Positions 50,504-62,452 of a stretch of 64,000 bases of DNA are shown piece after piece (the first letter of the stretch is position 1; each line of letters opens with the position of its first letter). Source of the stretch: Anthoceros angustus (Eukaryota; Plantae; Anthocerotophyta). A program made the position numbers and the translations under genes. The notes beneath the pieces were generated by a model. The model was not told where the DNA came from, made no database searches, and saw nothing but the letters and a program-made list of their open reading frames with translations. The DNA is taken from the NCBI GenBank assembly GCA_010909165.1, contig VJWM01000117.1, positions 372,001 to 436,000 of the forward strand, in the 5' to 3' direction.

Positions 50504-53500
50504 CTCTTCCGACAAACAGCTACAAAGTTACAATGTAAGATCATTAATACTTTCAACCTTTAACACCAAAATTCATGCTAAAATCAAAAGTAAAACTATA
50601 TGTAGATTGAACCACTTATCTGCAGGTCTAAAAGTAGTATATATAAATAACCTACTTACAAAAATAGCCTGTGAGTCCCAAACAATACGAATAAACATTG
50701 TACACGTTTAATCACACATATATAGAGGTAACCAAGCACAATATTTCGATAATAGAACTCTTGAGTGCACATACAATCATTTCGAGATGTAGATCACATT
50801 GGATATGAATAAAGTGCAAAATCCATTATTTTTGTTTACTTTTTATTATCATAATATCTTTAATATTATAGCTAGATGTGTGATAAAACCACTTCATTTA
50901 GTACTGCGATATATATGTCGGATTCCCTTTTCTACTACATGATATGGTAGTGTGGAAAGAAACCCCAAAGGTTATCGTGAAGGATTGAAGAGCTAGTGGA
51001 TCAAATTTCAATTTCTTACCACTCTTACAATCTTGTAACAAGGAACATAAACGGACCTAACTTATAACGATGCGGGATAGGGTGATGAGGAGACATTATC
51101 ATCATTGACATTGCACATGGTAATGCTAGTGAAACTTTGAGGGTGCGACCTAGCTAGCTTACTCCCCCTTTCTTCTCCAACATTGTATTGTTCTTTGTTC
51201 GAGGTGTTTGGTATTCAATAAATGTTGCACCATGTGCACATCTATCACACTAAGCTTGCTCATCCCACCAAAGTTATCCAAGGAACATCATCAATTGATA
51301 GAGTCTAACGGGCCCTCTTACGTCTCTGATGTTGTGCACATTTTTCTAGGAAATGATCACTAACTCGAGCGCTCCATGTTCGCTTTGTTCTATTGTTTTT
51401 CTAGATAAGAACTTTTAGCTACAATGAAGGACAATGTCGTCTACATTAAAACTTCATGCAGTAAGTAGAATGTGAATTAGAACTTCCTGCAATTAAGTCA
51501 AAGGTGTTTAGATTAGAACAATTCATGCAGTCGAGGACAATATTCGCATTACAACTTCTTGTAATTCAAATATAGTCAAGGAATACTTCTATTAAGTTAG
51601 AACTTTATGCACTCATGGCTACGACTTGTGGATTATAACTCCTTGCAATACTTCCAAAGGCATTGTCTAAGGCGGAACTTCTTGAAATCATGGACTATAT
51701 CATGAATGACATGTATCATGAATCGCCTCAATTTGTTGATATGCTTATGAAGCACGTGCATAGCATTTACATCGAGGTAGTGTTGCAATCCGAGTGTTTA
51801 GAGTTTTTGTCTCAAGCTTTCACATGATTTCCTTAGGCTTAGCCATCCTATGTTATGATGTGCAATTGAGCCTAGATCGTCTTGGCAATTTTGCAAGTCA
51901 CGTAAAGAAACATTTCCCTCTTTGGCTCGGCTCGAGTGGTGATCACCATAGCTTTTGCAAGCTTTACGGAATCATGCATGTCATGACTCGTTGTATAAAT
52001 ATTTCACGTGCACAACCTTGATCGTATAGTTTTAAATTTTAAAAATTAAAATATCAATTAAAACTTTATATTTCATTCTTATAACATTCGATTGAAAAAA
52101 TTATATTCAATTCTTTGCCTAGCTTAAACTTTAGGATTGCTTTTCTTGAGTATTAATGTGTATGCCGATGAGCATGGCATGGTGGTGCCTTGGAATGAAG
52201 CCCCACATTTACTCCGTAGTAACCAATAGCGTTTGCAGGCCGCAAGTGGAGGACTACGTCTCCGAATGTGTCACAGCCGATTGATGCAAGTCACGTAAAG
52301 AAACATTTCCCTCTTTGGCTCGGCTCGAGTGGTGATCACCATAGCTTTTGCAATGTTTCGGAATCATGCATGTCATGACTCGTTGTATAAATATTTCACG
52401 TGCACAACCTTGATCGTATAGTTTTAAATTTTAAAAATTAAAATATCAATTAAAACTTTATATTTCATTCTTATAACATTCGATTGAAAAAATTATATTC
52501 AATTCTTTGCCTAGCTTAAACTTTAGGATTGCTTTTCTTGAGTATTAATGTGTATGAGCATGGCATGGTGGTGCCTTGGAATGAAGCCCCACATTTACTC
52601 CGTAGTAACCAATAGCGTTCTATGCATGCAAGTGGAGGACTACGTCTCCGAATGTGTCACTGATTGATGCAAGCTTCACCGTGAAGGACAAAGTCACCGC
52701 CACCTATGATGGACATCACTATGACGAGCTAGCGATCTCGAGGGTCGTGGCGGCATAGATGGTAGCTGCAAGCACGAGGCGCTAGCTAGAAGACTAGGTC
52801 GATTAGAGTGAGTGACTAACCTAGGGTCAACTAACCATAGCTAGGCAAACTCTAGTAAAGACAAGGTCGTTAAACCAGAAACACGTCTTTGGGACAAGGT
52901 CGCAGCTACTTAAGCCCGTTCCCAAGAATCAAGACGGACTGATACCAAAGACGGAGCCCTCCGGCCCCGGATCTCCATCTCCGAGAAGAGTGATGACATC
53001 TTGGTATAAGAGCCGAACGATCGGACCAGCACGTGGGATGACTCCAGAGATGGCACCGTCTTGGAGTGGATTAAGAGGCAGTATGGGAGCTGGAGCGGAC
53101 CATCGAGGAGTGGGGAGAAGCGACAGGCGGGAGGTTTTGGGGTCCGTGTGATCTTTGGACCGAGATTGTTTGCATCTTGCATTGGCTTGACACCAAGGAG
53201 AACAGACGGAAATTTTGAAGGCGCACAAGAGTTTGTGAGGCGGAAGGTGTGGGAAAGGAGCCATGGACTTTGAAGCCAAGAGCTAGAGCAAGATGCAAGG
53301 AGGGACGAATAGGCAGTCGCGGTTTTGGTGCTATATGTGCAGGGAGGCACGCCAATGGCTGCCAATAAGTGATTGAAGAACACCCATGCGAATGACTCGA
53401 TTCAGTTGGCATTCTATGTCGTGGTAGCCCGGGGGCAAGACGGTGACGAAGACTCCTAGGAGTCAAGGGCATGCAAGAACTGGACATCTTGTTGCAAAGC

Positions 53501-56135
53501 GAAAAAGATAGCAACAAGAGGCCCATGGGCCTCAAGTCGAGGTCTTGCTAGCTAGACCTAAAGCATGTCATGACTCGTTGTATAAATATTTCACGTGCAC
53601 AACCTTGATCGTATAGTTTTAAATTTTAAAAATTAAAATATCAATTAAAACTTTATATTTCATTCTTATAACATTCGATTGAAAAAATTATATTCAATTC
53701 TTTGCCTAGCTTAAACTTTAGGATTGCTTTTCTTGAGTATTAATGTGTATGCCGATGAGCATGGCATGGTGCCTTGGAATGAAGCCCCACATTTACTCCG
53801 TAGTAACCAATAGCGTTTGCAGGCCGCAAGTGGAGGACTACGTCTCCGAATGTGTCACAGGATTGATGCAAGCTTCACCGTGAAGGACAAAGTCACCGCC
53901 ACCTATGATGGACATCACACCGAGCTAGCGATCTCGAGGGTCGTGGCAAGATAGATGGTAGCTGCAAGCACGAGGCGCTAGCTAGAAGACTAGGTCGCTT
54001 AGAGTGAGTGACTAACCTAGGGTCAACTAACCATAGCTAGGCAAACTCTAGTAAAGACAAGGTCGTTAAACCAGAAACACGTCTTTGGGACAAGGTCGCA
54101 GCTACTTAAGCCCGTTCCCAAGAATCAAGACGACCAGATACCAAAGACGGAGCCCTCCGGCCCCGGATCTCCATCTCCGAGAAGAGTGATGACATCTTGG
54201 TATAAGAGCCGAACGATCGGACCAGCACGTGGATGACTCCAGCAGATGGCACCGCCTTGGAGTGGATTAAGAGGCAGGTATGGGAGCTGGAGCGGACCAT
54301 CGAGGAGTGGGGAGAAGCGACAGGCGGGAGGTTTTGGGGTCCGTGTGATCTTTGGACCGAGATTGTTTGCATCTTGCATTGGCTTGACACCGCGAGAATG
54401 ATTTGAAATTTTGAAGGCGCACAAGAGTTTGTGAGGCGGAAGGTGTGGGAAAGGAGCCATGGACTTTGAAGCCAAGAGCTAGAGCAAGATGCAAGGAGGG
54501 ACGAATAGACAGAGTCGCAGGTTTTGGTGCTATATGCGGAGGCACGCCAATGGCGCCAATAAGTGATTGAAGAACACCCATGCGAATGACTCGATTCAGT
54601 TGGCATTCTATGTCGTGGTAGGGGGCAAGACGGTGACAAGACTCCTAGGGAGTCAAGGGCATGCAAGAACCTCGACATCTTGTTGCAAAGCGAAAAAGAT
54701 AGCAACAAGAGGCCCATGGGCCTCAAGTCGAGGTCTTGCTAGCTAGACCTAAAGCATGTCACATTGCATGTGGGTTGTGAGAAGTGCAAGAATTGCTAGC
54801 TTGGCTGGCGAGAAGTGGGCGAGGCAGTGGCTCGCCTCAAACATTAGGTTCGAGGCAGACGGTAGGAAGTGGCAGCCCGTGATAGCTTCAAGCGAGTCAT
54901 TGGAATGTGCGTTATGGTATCGATTCTTCTAATTGCAACAAGTCGATCGAAGCGGCGTCGTGAGATCCGGCTGGGCAACTTGTTCTTTCAATGATCCGTT
55001 TCCACATGCACCGGATCGACTTACTAGCATCAAACATCATAGCTGAAATTTTGGAGGAGCAACGTCCATGGAGCTTGAGACACGAACGAGTCTTGCATGT
55101 ATCCAGAGACAATTGCGCGAGCATCTAGGCCATATTGCTCGAGTCGCCTAGCAAGAACGAGGGCTGATTGCTGGTCTCAATAGTGTGCTCAACTTAGGAT
55201 TTGCGAAATTCAAATTGCTCGAGTTCGTTCGACGCTGATCTTTCCAACAATTAAAACCCGCCGCATCGCCATTGTGGAGAGGTCTGACAAATTAAAGGCG
55301 TGCGACTACCAATCAAACCTCACCGGACACATTGGCTAACATGTGCGTTCGAGATTGCTAGGCTTATGCTTCTCATGATCAATGAGAAGCCGGATGGGAA
55401 GAGAGCTTATCATGCCATCGATCTAATGAAAGGAAGGCCCACCATACATAAATGCATGATGAGCCACGTCCTTGAGCATAGGCTTAAGCGATTGGGATGA
55501 GGGACTTGAATTTGGTGCTATCGGCCTAGAATGGTGATTGCCTAGAAGCATAACGACCTCCTCTGGTTTTTGGACGGACATCCATCCTCGTCAACGACAT
55601 GCTTAACCGTGCTTGCCCTTGGTACTAACTGCGATTCCAGTTCCTAGATGTTAACCTCGGGCGGCCTTTCACCATATGCGAGTTCCTTTGGTATTCAAGT
55701 ATGATGATGAAATACCTCACACCAACTTAAATTAAATTAGTTTTTTTTCTTTATTGTGGACTTGTTGCGATCTTAGTTAAGTGCCCGATGATTTGTATCT
55801 ATCTATCTCTTCTAACGAAAAATTATAATTTATAATATTCCATGACTATATTGTGTCTATGTAATGACTAAAGGTATGATAATGACTATATATAATATAT
55901 AATGACTGTATGAATTAAATTGAGAAAATATTCAAATTGTTCAATAATAAAATTCATAAACATTAGCAAGTAAGAGAACAAAAGTACAATTTCATAACAC
56001 ACCATTTTGCTATAGGTCTAAAACTAAGATAAAAAGCAGATCACGCTTACACTTCTAAAGAGGAATGTGTTCGCTTTGAAATATGATTAAGTTGCTAGTT
56101 TGATCTCTTAACATTTGAGACGTGAAAATTTTCAA

Positions 56136-57425
56136 CTAAGATCTAATCATTATAGTTATTGAGAAGAGCCTTCAGTTCACGTAAATTTCTAGCAACCTCG
56201 TTAGTGCTCATTTGATTGCGACCATTGTGACCAGTCTCTGCCAAAAGAAGACCTTTCAACGCTCCTTTCTCTAACTCGGATAGCTCGGCCTCATTGGTAG
56301 GCATGTTTGGCCCACAATCTTCCGGGATAACTCGTCCTCATTCACGGGTTTGTTTGGGCCACCGGCTTCTAGGTCATCCTCATTCACGGGTTGGTTTGGG
56401 CCACTAGCTTCTAGGTCGTCCTCATTCACGGTTCGCTTTGGGCCACAAGCTTCTAGGTCATCCTCATTCACGTTCGTTTGGGCCACAAGCTTCTAGGTCG
56501 TCCTCATTCACGGGTTCGTTAGGGCCACAAGCTTCTAGGTCATCCTCATTCACGGGTTTGTTAGGGCCACAAGCTTCTAGGTCATCCTCATTCACGGGTT
56601 CGTTAGGGCCACAAGCTTCTAGGTCCTCATTCACGGTTTGTTTGGGCCACTAGCTTCTAGGTCGTCCTCATTCACGGGTTTGTTTGGGCCACAAACTTCC
56701 TTGCTCTCGGTTTTAGAATTGTACCTACAAAATTGATAAACGATTTCAAATACTCTTACATATCTTTTAAAACATCTTGTTGATCGTTTATCACCAAATG
56801 ACAAAACTAAAATTGTTACCCATGACGGCGGGAATATTGCGAGAAGAATCGTTTGCCATGGTTGTAACATTGTGAGAAGAATCATTTGCCGTGGTTGTAT
56901 CATTGTGAGAAGAATCCTTCCAACCCGTTCTCCTTTTCTTTGGCACCTTGCGGTGTGATCTAAACCCTTCCAAGCCACTATGCATATACTTACAATTGAG
57001 GCGCAATAAGTTTTCAAGCTCCTACATCCCTCCGATCCAATGAAAGCGTGATATGCTCGGATGTCGCGTCCGTACATGTTGAATCTTGTATCTTGGGAGA
57101 TAAGAGCGTGTGGTCCCTGTCATTACATTTGAAGGTAGTAATATCCTCAATGTAGAGCATAGGCGCTAAAAGAGATCTACGAAGTCTGCAGACACCATAG
57201 CGTCGATTCACTTTTCGAATCAATACTGTGCCTCGCATGTGAATTCTTACAACATTCGTTGCAAAATGGATCATCTTGGCATTGAATACAAAACTTATTG
57301 CATCCGATTTTGCCATGTGAGGATGTAACGTGCACTTCTTATGATAGTCATGTTGAACAAATATTGGTAACCAATCAAAAGTGGCACCATATCACCTCGG
57401 CTAGAGTTCCGGATCTTGCATACAT
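56136..57425 (-). CDS. PLATZ-like protein, copy 6 (frameshifted as assembled); 95-nt GT-AG intron at 56725-56819
   Basis: Donor catgg|gtaacaa, acceptor tttgtag|gtac; exon 2 reads YNSKTESKEVCGP then (NEDDLEACGPNEPV)n. Confidence 0.75.
56330..56690 (-). repeat. 42-bp coding minisatellite (EDDLEACGPNEPVN), present in every PLATZ-like copy
   Basis: Unit GGGCCACAAGCTTCTAGGTCGTCCTCATTCACGGGTTCGTTA, ~8 copies here, 6-8 in the other full copies. Confidence 0.95.
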
Positions 57426-58877
57426 CTCTTCCGACAAAACTACAAAGTTACAATGTAAGATCATTAATACTTTCAACCTTTAACACCAAAATTCATGCTA
57501 AAAATCAAAAGTAAAACTATATGTAGATTGAACCACTTATCTGCAGGTCTAAAAGTAGTATATATAAATAACCTACTTACAAAAATAGCCCAGAGTCCCA
57601 AACAATACGAATAAACATTGTACACGTTTAATCACACATATATAGAGGTAACCAAGCACAATATTTCGATAATAGAACTCTTGAGTGCACATACAATCAT
57701 TTCGAGATGTAGATCACATTGGATATGAATAAAGTGCAAAATCCATTATTTTTGTTTACTTTTTATTATCATAATATCTTTAATATTATAGCTAGATGTG
57801 TGATAAAACCACTTCATTTAGTACACGCGATATATATGTCGGATTCCTTTTCTACTACATGATATGGTAGTGTGGAAAGAAACCCCAAAGGTTATCGTGA
57901 AGGATTGAAGAGCTAGTGGATCAAATTTCAATTTCTTACCACTCTTACAATCTTGTAACAAGGAACATAAACGGACCTAACTTATAACGATGCAGGATAG
58001 GGGATGAGGAGACATTATCATCATTGACATTGCACATGGTAATGCTAGTGAAACTTTGAGGGTGCGACCTAGCTAGCTTACTCCCCCTTTCTTCTCCAAC
58101 ATTGCATTGTTCTTTGTTCGAGGTGTTTGGTATTTAATAAATGTTGCACCATGTGCACATCTATCACACTAAGCTTGCTCATCCCACCAAAGTTATCCAA
58201 GGGACCATCATCAATTGATAGAGTCTAACGGGCCCTCTTCTGTCCTACAGTGTTGTGCACATTTTTTCTAGGAAATGATCACCTAACTCGAGCGCTCCAT
58301 GTTCGCTTTGTTCTATTGTTTTTCTAGATAAGAACTTCTAGCTACAATGAAGGACAATATTCTACATTAAAACTTCATGCGATGGCGAATGTGAATTAGA
58401 ACTTCCTGCAGTTAAGTCAAAGGTGTTTAGATTAGAACAATTCATGCAGTCGAGGACAATATTCGCATTACAACTTCTTGTAATTCAAATATAGTCAAGG
58501 AATACTTCTATTAAGTTAGAACTTTATGCACTCATGGCTACAACTTGTGGATTATAACTCCTTGCAATACTTCCAAAGGCATTGTCTAAGGCGGAACTTC
58601 TTGAAATTATGGACTATATCATGAATGACATGTATCATGAATCGCCTCAATTTGTTGATATGCTTATGAAGTACGTGCATAACATTTAAATGGAGGTAAC
58701 ATTGCATCACGAAATCAAACTAGCTAGTAGCGATCTCAAACTAGCTAGTAGCGATCGTGTACTGGCGCGAGAGAATTAGGGGAACTCTCAGGTACACACC
58801 TGTGTGGTGAATGTAGGGGTGGACACCGAGAAATTAAAATTTTAGAAGTACAATTTTTTTTCCGAATGGAGTATAAT

Positions 58878-61802
58878 TTACAACTCCTCTGAACCTTCTA
58901 TTTGGCTTAAATATTGCAAAACTTTATCGGCAATTGGCACGTTCATATCCACTCTCCTCCAGGCACAAACACAGATGGCAGGGAAGACATTTTGAGGTTG
59001 TACAAAGCTACTATCAACGGATGGGTTGTACCTGGTTTTTGCTAATTCAGGACCTTTGAACCCCTCGACGCTCTCCATGCGTTTCACTTTCGAGGCAACT
59101 TGGGTTTGGAGATTTTGAGGACCAAGTACGTTCTTGCTTGGTGCCTGATCTTGACCAGCCTCTACACCATCTACGAATACGCCCTTTGGAACTGCAGGAG
59201 CACCAGCAGGGCCCACAACAGGAGCTGCTTGCACAATGCTGGTTGTTTCTCCCTGGTGAGCATCAGCAATTCTACTGTCGTCTCTTGCAAGCTCAGCAGC
59301 GTCTAAATTTTGGATTTCAACCTGCACAGATCTCTCATGTAGGCTGGAACCACCGTCTCCATGCTGATTTGCTTGCACTGTCTCAGGTTCAATTGCCAAT
59401 TGACCATGAGTACTAAGCTCACCTCCCACCTCTATTGCTTCTCGAGACACATCCATCGGAACTGAAACCTCATTAGCAGGGCCTGGAGTAGGTGCTCCTT
59501 CCTCAATGCTAACTCCTCCTCCCTGAAGGGCATCCGCAGTTCCACAGTCGTCTCTTGCAAGTGGAGCAGCGTCTGTCATTTGAATGTCCACCTCCTCACA
59601 TCCCTCCTGTACCCTGGAACTAGAATCTCCTTGCTTCTTTGACTTGGAAGTCACGTTCTTGACTGTCCATTGACCTGTAGTAGTACCTGGCTTCACAGAA
59701 GCCTCAGTAATGCCTTCTGCAATATGCATCTTTAATGAGCCACCTCTTTCATCAGCAAGAAAAGCCGTTGACTGCTGTCCATTCTCGCCTGCACAATCAC
59801 CATTGCTACATCCCTGCCCAGAAACTTCCGTTAAGCCTTCTGCACTACTCATCCAATCTGGCTCCATCGCACTACTCATCCAATCTGGCTCCATCACACT
59901 CTCCACGTCGTTGCGTATAGCAGCTTCACAGCCTAAGAAATCCTCCGCTGTTTGGGTCCGATGAGGTAGAATACGGCCTATTCCTGGACCAAAACTATCC
60001 TTGTATAGACTAAAAGACCTCCAGATGTCATCTCGACTTTTGATGTCATTTAATTTCTGAACCACAAAGTCAAAGGCATCCATTCTTTTAATGCAATCTC
60101 TGCCTTCCTTACTGGTAGTTTTCAATTTTTTTGCATGGGAACCACCTGGTAACGGAGGCAAGTTGTAGTCATCATCTTCTTTCCAGTGCTCCACACTTTC
60201 GTCCCTTGCCTTCAGGTTTTGTAAGTTATTTTCTATTGCTCTTTTCAATCTTTGTCTGCCCCCCTCCTTCTTTTTGGAGTTCAGAGCTGACCTCACTCGC
60301 AAGCCATCTGCCAACGTTGAGCCATCTACTAGAGTTCGCTCAGTTCCACTACTGTTTTGAACCTGGACATCTTCCAGCTGTTTATGTCCATCATCTGAGA
60401 GTCCATTCACTGCTGGTCCATCAAAAGAGAACACTTCCTCCAGCCAAGACATGCTCTTTGCATAACGGTCAAATGCTTCGTCCTCCAAGGCAGCCTCAGT
60501 TTCATCATATTCTTTTAACTTGCGAAGCCTCCAAGCATTAAGCATATTGGCCTCCTGGAGGATCAGAGAAACAGGAGCTCAGTGGATCAGTGGACCCCAG
60601 TTGTGAAGTATGAGGATACACAGGCAGAGCAAAACACCAGACAGGACAGCTAGCTGAACTTGAGTGGCAATCACCTTCTGCATGGCTTGTGTAGCAGCCC
60701 GGTAACTCTTGAGTCGCATGTATTCCATCTGCTCCCTTGTCTGAGGGGTCACCTGTGTACCAGGGATAACCTTCGACCCGTTGGTCGGGACCTGTGCTCC
60801 AGGGGCGACAGGTCTGTAGAACTGAGAGCCATATGTCATCCCTGGGGTCGGAGTAGGGTATCTCATGGGAACACCAGCTCCGGCGGGCACATAAGTTGGA
60901 AGGGCCGGCTGTCTGAACTGAGGCGACACATGCCCTATCGTCCTGCAGGCAGGGTATTCAAACCTACGGATGAGCAGATGACTTGATACAAAAGTTCCAC
61001 GAAACAAGAACACAGGAGCCCAGGTAAGGATCGTGTGAATCTCAGACAAGAAATTAGGGCAAGAACATACATGCTCCCCGGCGATTGGTATCGCGGATCG
61101 AAGGACGTCCCCATCATAGTCGAACCATTCGAAGTTAGCTCAGGCCTCCCTTGCCTCACCACTGGAACAGCAATCGCGTTCCAGGTTATGCTATGCACAC
61201 TCAAGAGAAGAGTTGATGACACCTGAAGTCAGAGCAGAGATAGCGGGCGGCTCCTGGCAATTTACCATGGATGTAGCACGACTTGTTGGACTTCATACAG
61301 CAAGTCCTGCACTGACGAAAAGGGCACCTGCATCAAGATGGCTCGGTCAGGTGGCATCCGCCGCGCGATGGCCAATTGTGGCAAAAGAGCTTCCATCCCA
61401 CGAGCTACGAAGTGCAATTCCGGTCACTAGCTAGAAACGGAAGCGAACATCCAAGACATCAGCATCCGTAATTGTACAGGAAGGCAGGCGTGAATAAAGA
61501 AAGCGAATTAAGCTGAAAACTGACCGGGCTCGGGCAGTGTTGCCACAAGTAAGGCACTTTTGTTTCCTCTCGTTTTCCACGTAACTCTCACGAAGTGCGC
61601 CCGCGTCTCGGGCAGTTTGAAATGCCGACACCGACGGCGAGGACGAGGCAGCGGCGTCCATGGCGGCCGGGAACGCCACATCTGCGACCGCGGCGTTGGC
61701 GCTGGCTACGACGAGTGACTTCTGCGCAACAGCTGCTCCCGCCTGCACCGAGTGCAGCCCGGGCTGCATGGGAACCGGAGCGTAGGGCTTGGAGCTGTCC
61801 AT
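58878..61802 (-). CDS. Conserved plant protein with N-terminal Cys/His Zn-binding motif (AT1G32730-like family), ~798 aa; exons 61802-61525, 61327-61266, 61161-61071, 60963-60675, 60554-58878
   Basis: All introns are GT-AG with compatible phases and the total CDS is 2397 nt. Spliced protein: KQKCLTCGNTARAR|CPFRQCRTCCMKSNKSCYIHV ... |EANMLNAWRLRKLKEYDETEAALEDEAFDRYAKSMSWLEEVFSF, resembling the recalled Arabidopsis motifs KCxxCGNVARSRCPFQSCKGCC..CHIHV and LNEWRFTKLKEY..ENEAFDRY. An alternative acceptor for exon 4 at 60942 is also in phase. Confidence 0.85.
59842..59895 (-). repeat. In-frame 27-bp tandem duplication (AMEPDWMSS-like x2)
   Basis: gcactactcatccaatctggctccatc occurs twice, exactly. 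Confidence 0.95.
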
Positions 61803-62452
61803 AGTCAGTCGGTCTGCTGTGACGGGAATTGCATCTGCACCTGCACCGCACCGGAGAGGAGGGAGCTGCGCGCAGCCTGATCCCTGCAGTCCGTCCGCTC
61901 AGCTGCCAAATTGTTGCATGAGCCGGCAGCAGGAGCAAGACGGCTTCACATCAAGAAAGCAGCGACGCAGCGTTCTGCGAGGATGCATCTCCTCCCTCTT
62001 TGATTGTTCGCAGCAGGAGGCGAACGAGCTTTCTCAGCAAACCGATCGATCCAAGCGTTTGAGGTCGCCTTCCTTTGCCCGAATTTTCGGGACACCACCT
62101 AACTCACCTTCGCTCCAACACCAGTTGTAAGCGCGCCGTCTACGCACATATACTCTCTACCGCTGTGACTTCGATCTTGACCGGCGGAGCCGGTGACTGC
62201 TCACTGGCGGTAGCCTGGCTGTCGTCACATCTCCTTCTCCTTCAAGTTCTTCGTTTCCTTCATTTTCTTTGGAAGTGGATCTGGATTGCCGTGCCAAGCT
62301 TTAAGCGAAGACCACACCACCGTGTCCTGCTTTGCCACTTACGCACAGTGGCCGCCAAGATTTCCCAAATTTGATGCAGCAGTTCTCGAATGCGCACTTT
62401 CCAGTTCAGCAGTCTGCCCAAGTAGCGGAAGAGATGAGACAGGCAGGATGAG
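61803..62452. promoter_or_regulatory. Shared intergenic region/5' UTRs of a divergent gene pair (probable bidirectional promoter)
   Basis: 650 bp between the minus ATG at 61802 and the plus ATG at 62453. Confidence 0.5.

Larger units (their letters stand above)
21316..58700. repeat. Head-to-tail macrosatellite, ~5.26-kb unit, ~7 unit equivalents with internal partial duplications
   Basis: Marker CTAGGGTCAACTAACCATAGCTAGG at ~21316, 28957, 35066, 40340, 45594, 52820, 54016. Regular spacings of ~5274 and ~5254 bp occur where there is no internal duplication. Confidence 0.97.

Noticed and set aside
21316-58700. Tandem array as rDNA or 5S/histone cluster
   Set aside because: No 18S/5.8S/25S, 5S or histone sequence was recognised in the unit.
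61213-61230. ttcag|gtgtcatc (~61222) as exon 3 acceptor of the minus-strand gene
   Set aside because: The required phase gives a stop (TAG) after 8 codons; the 61161 acceptor keeps the frame and the HV motif.
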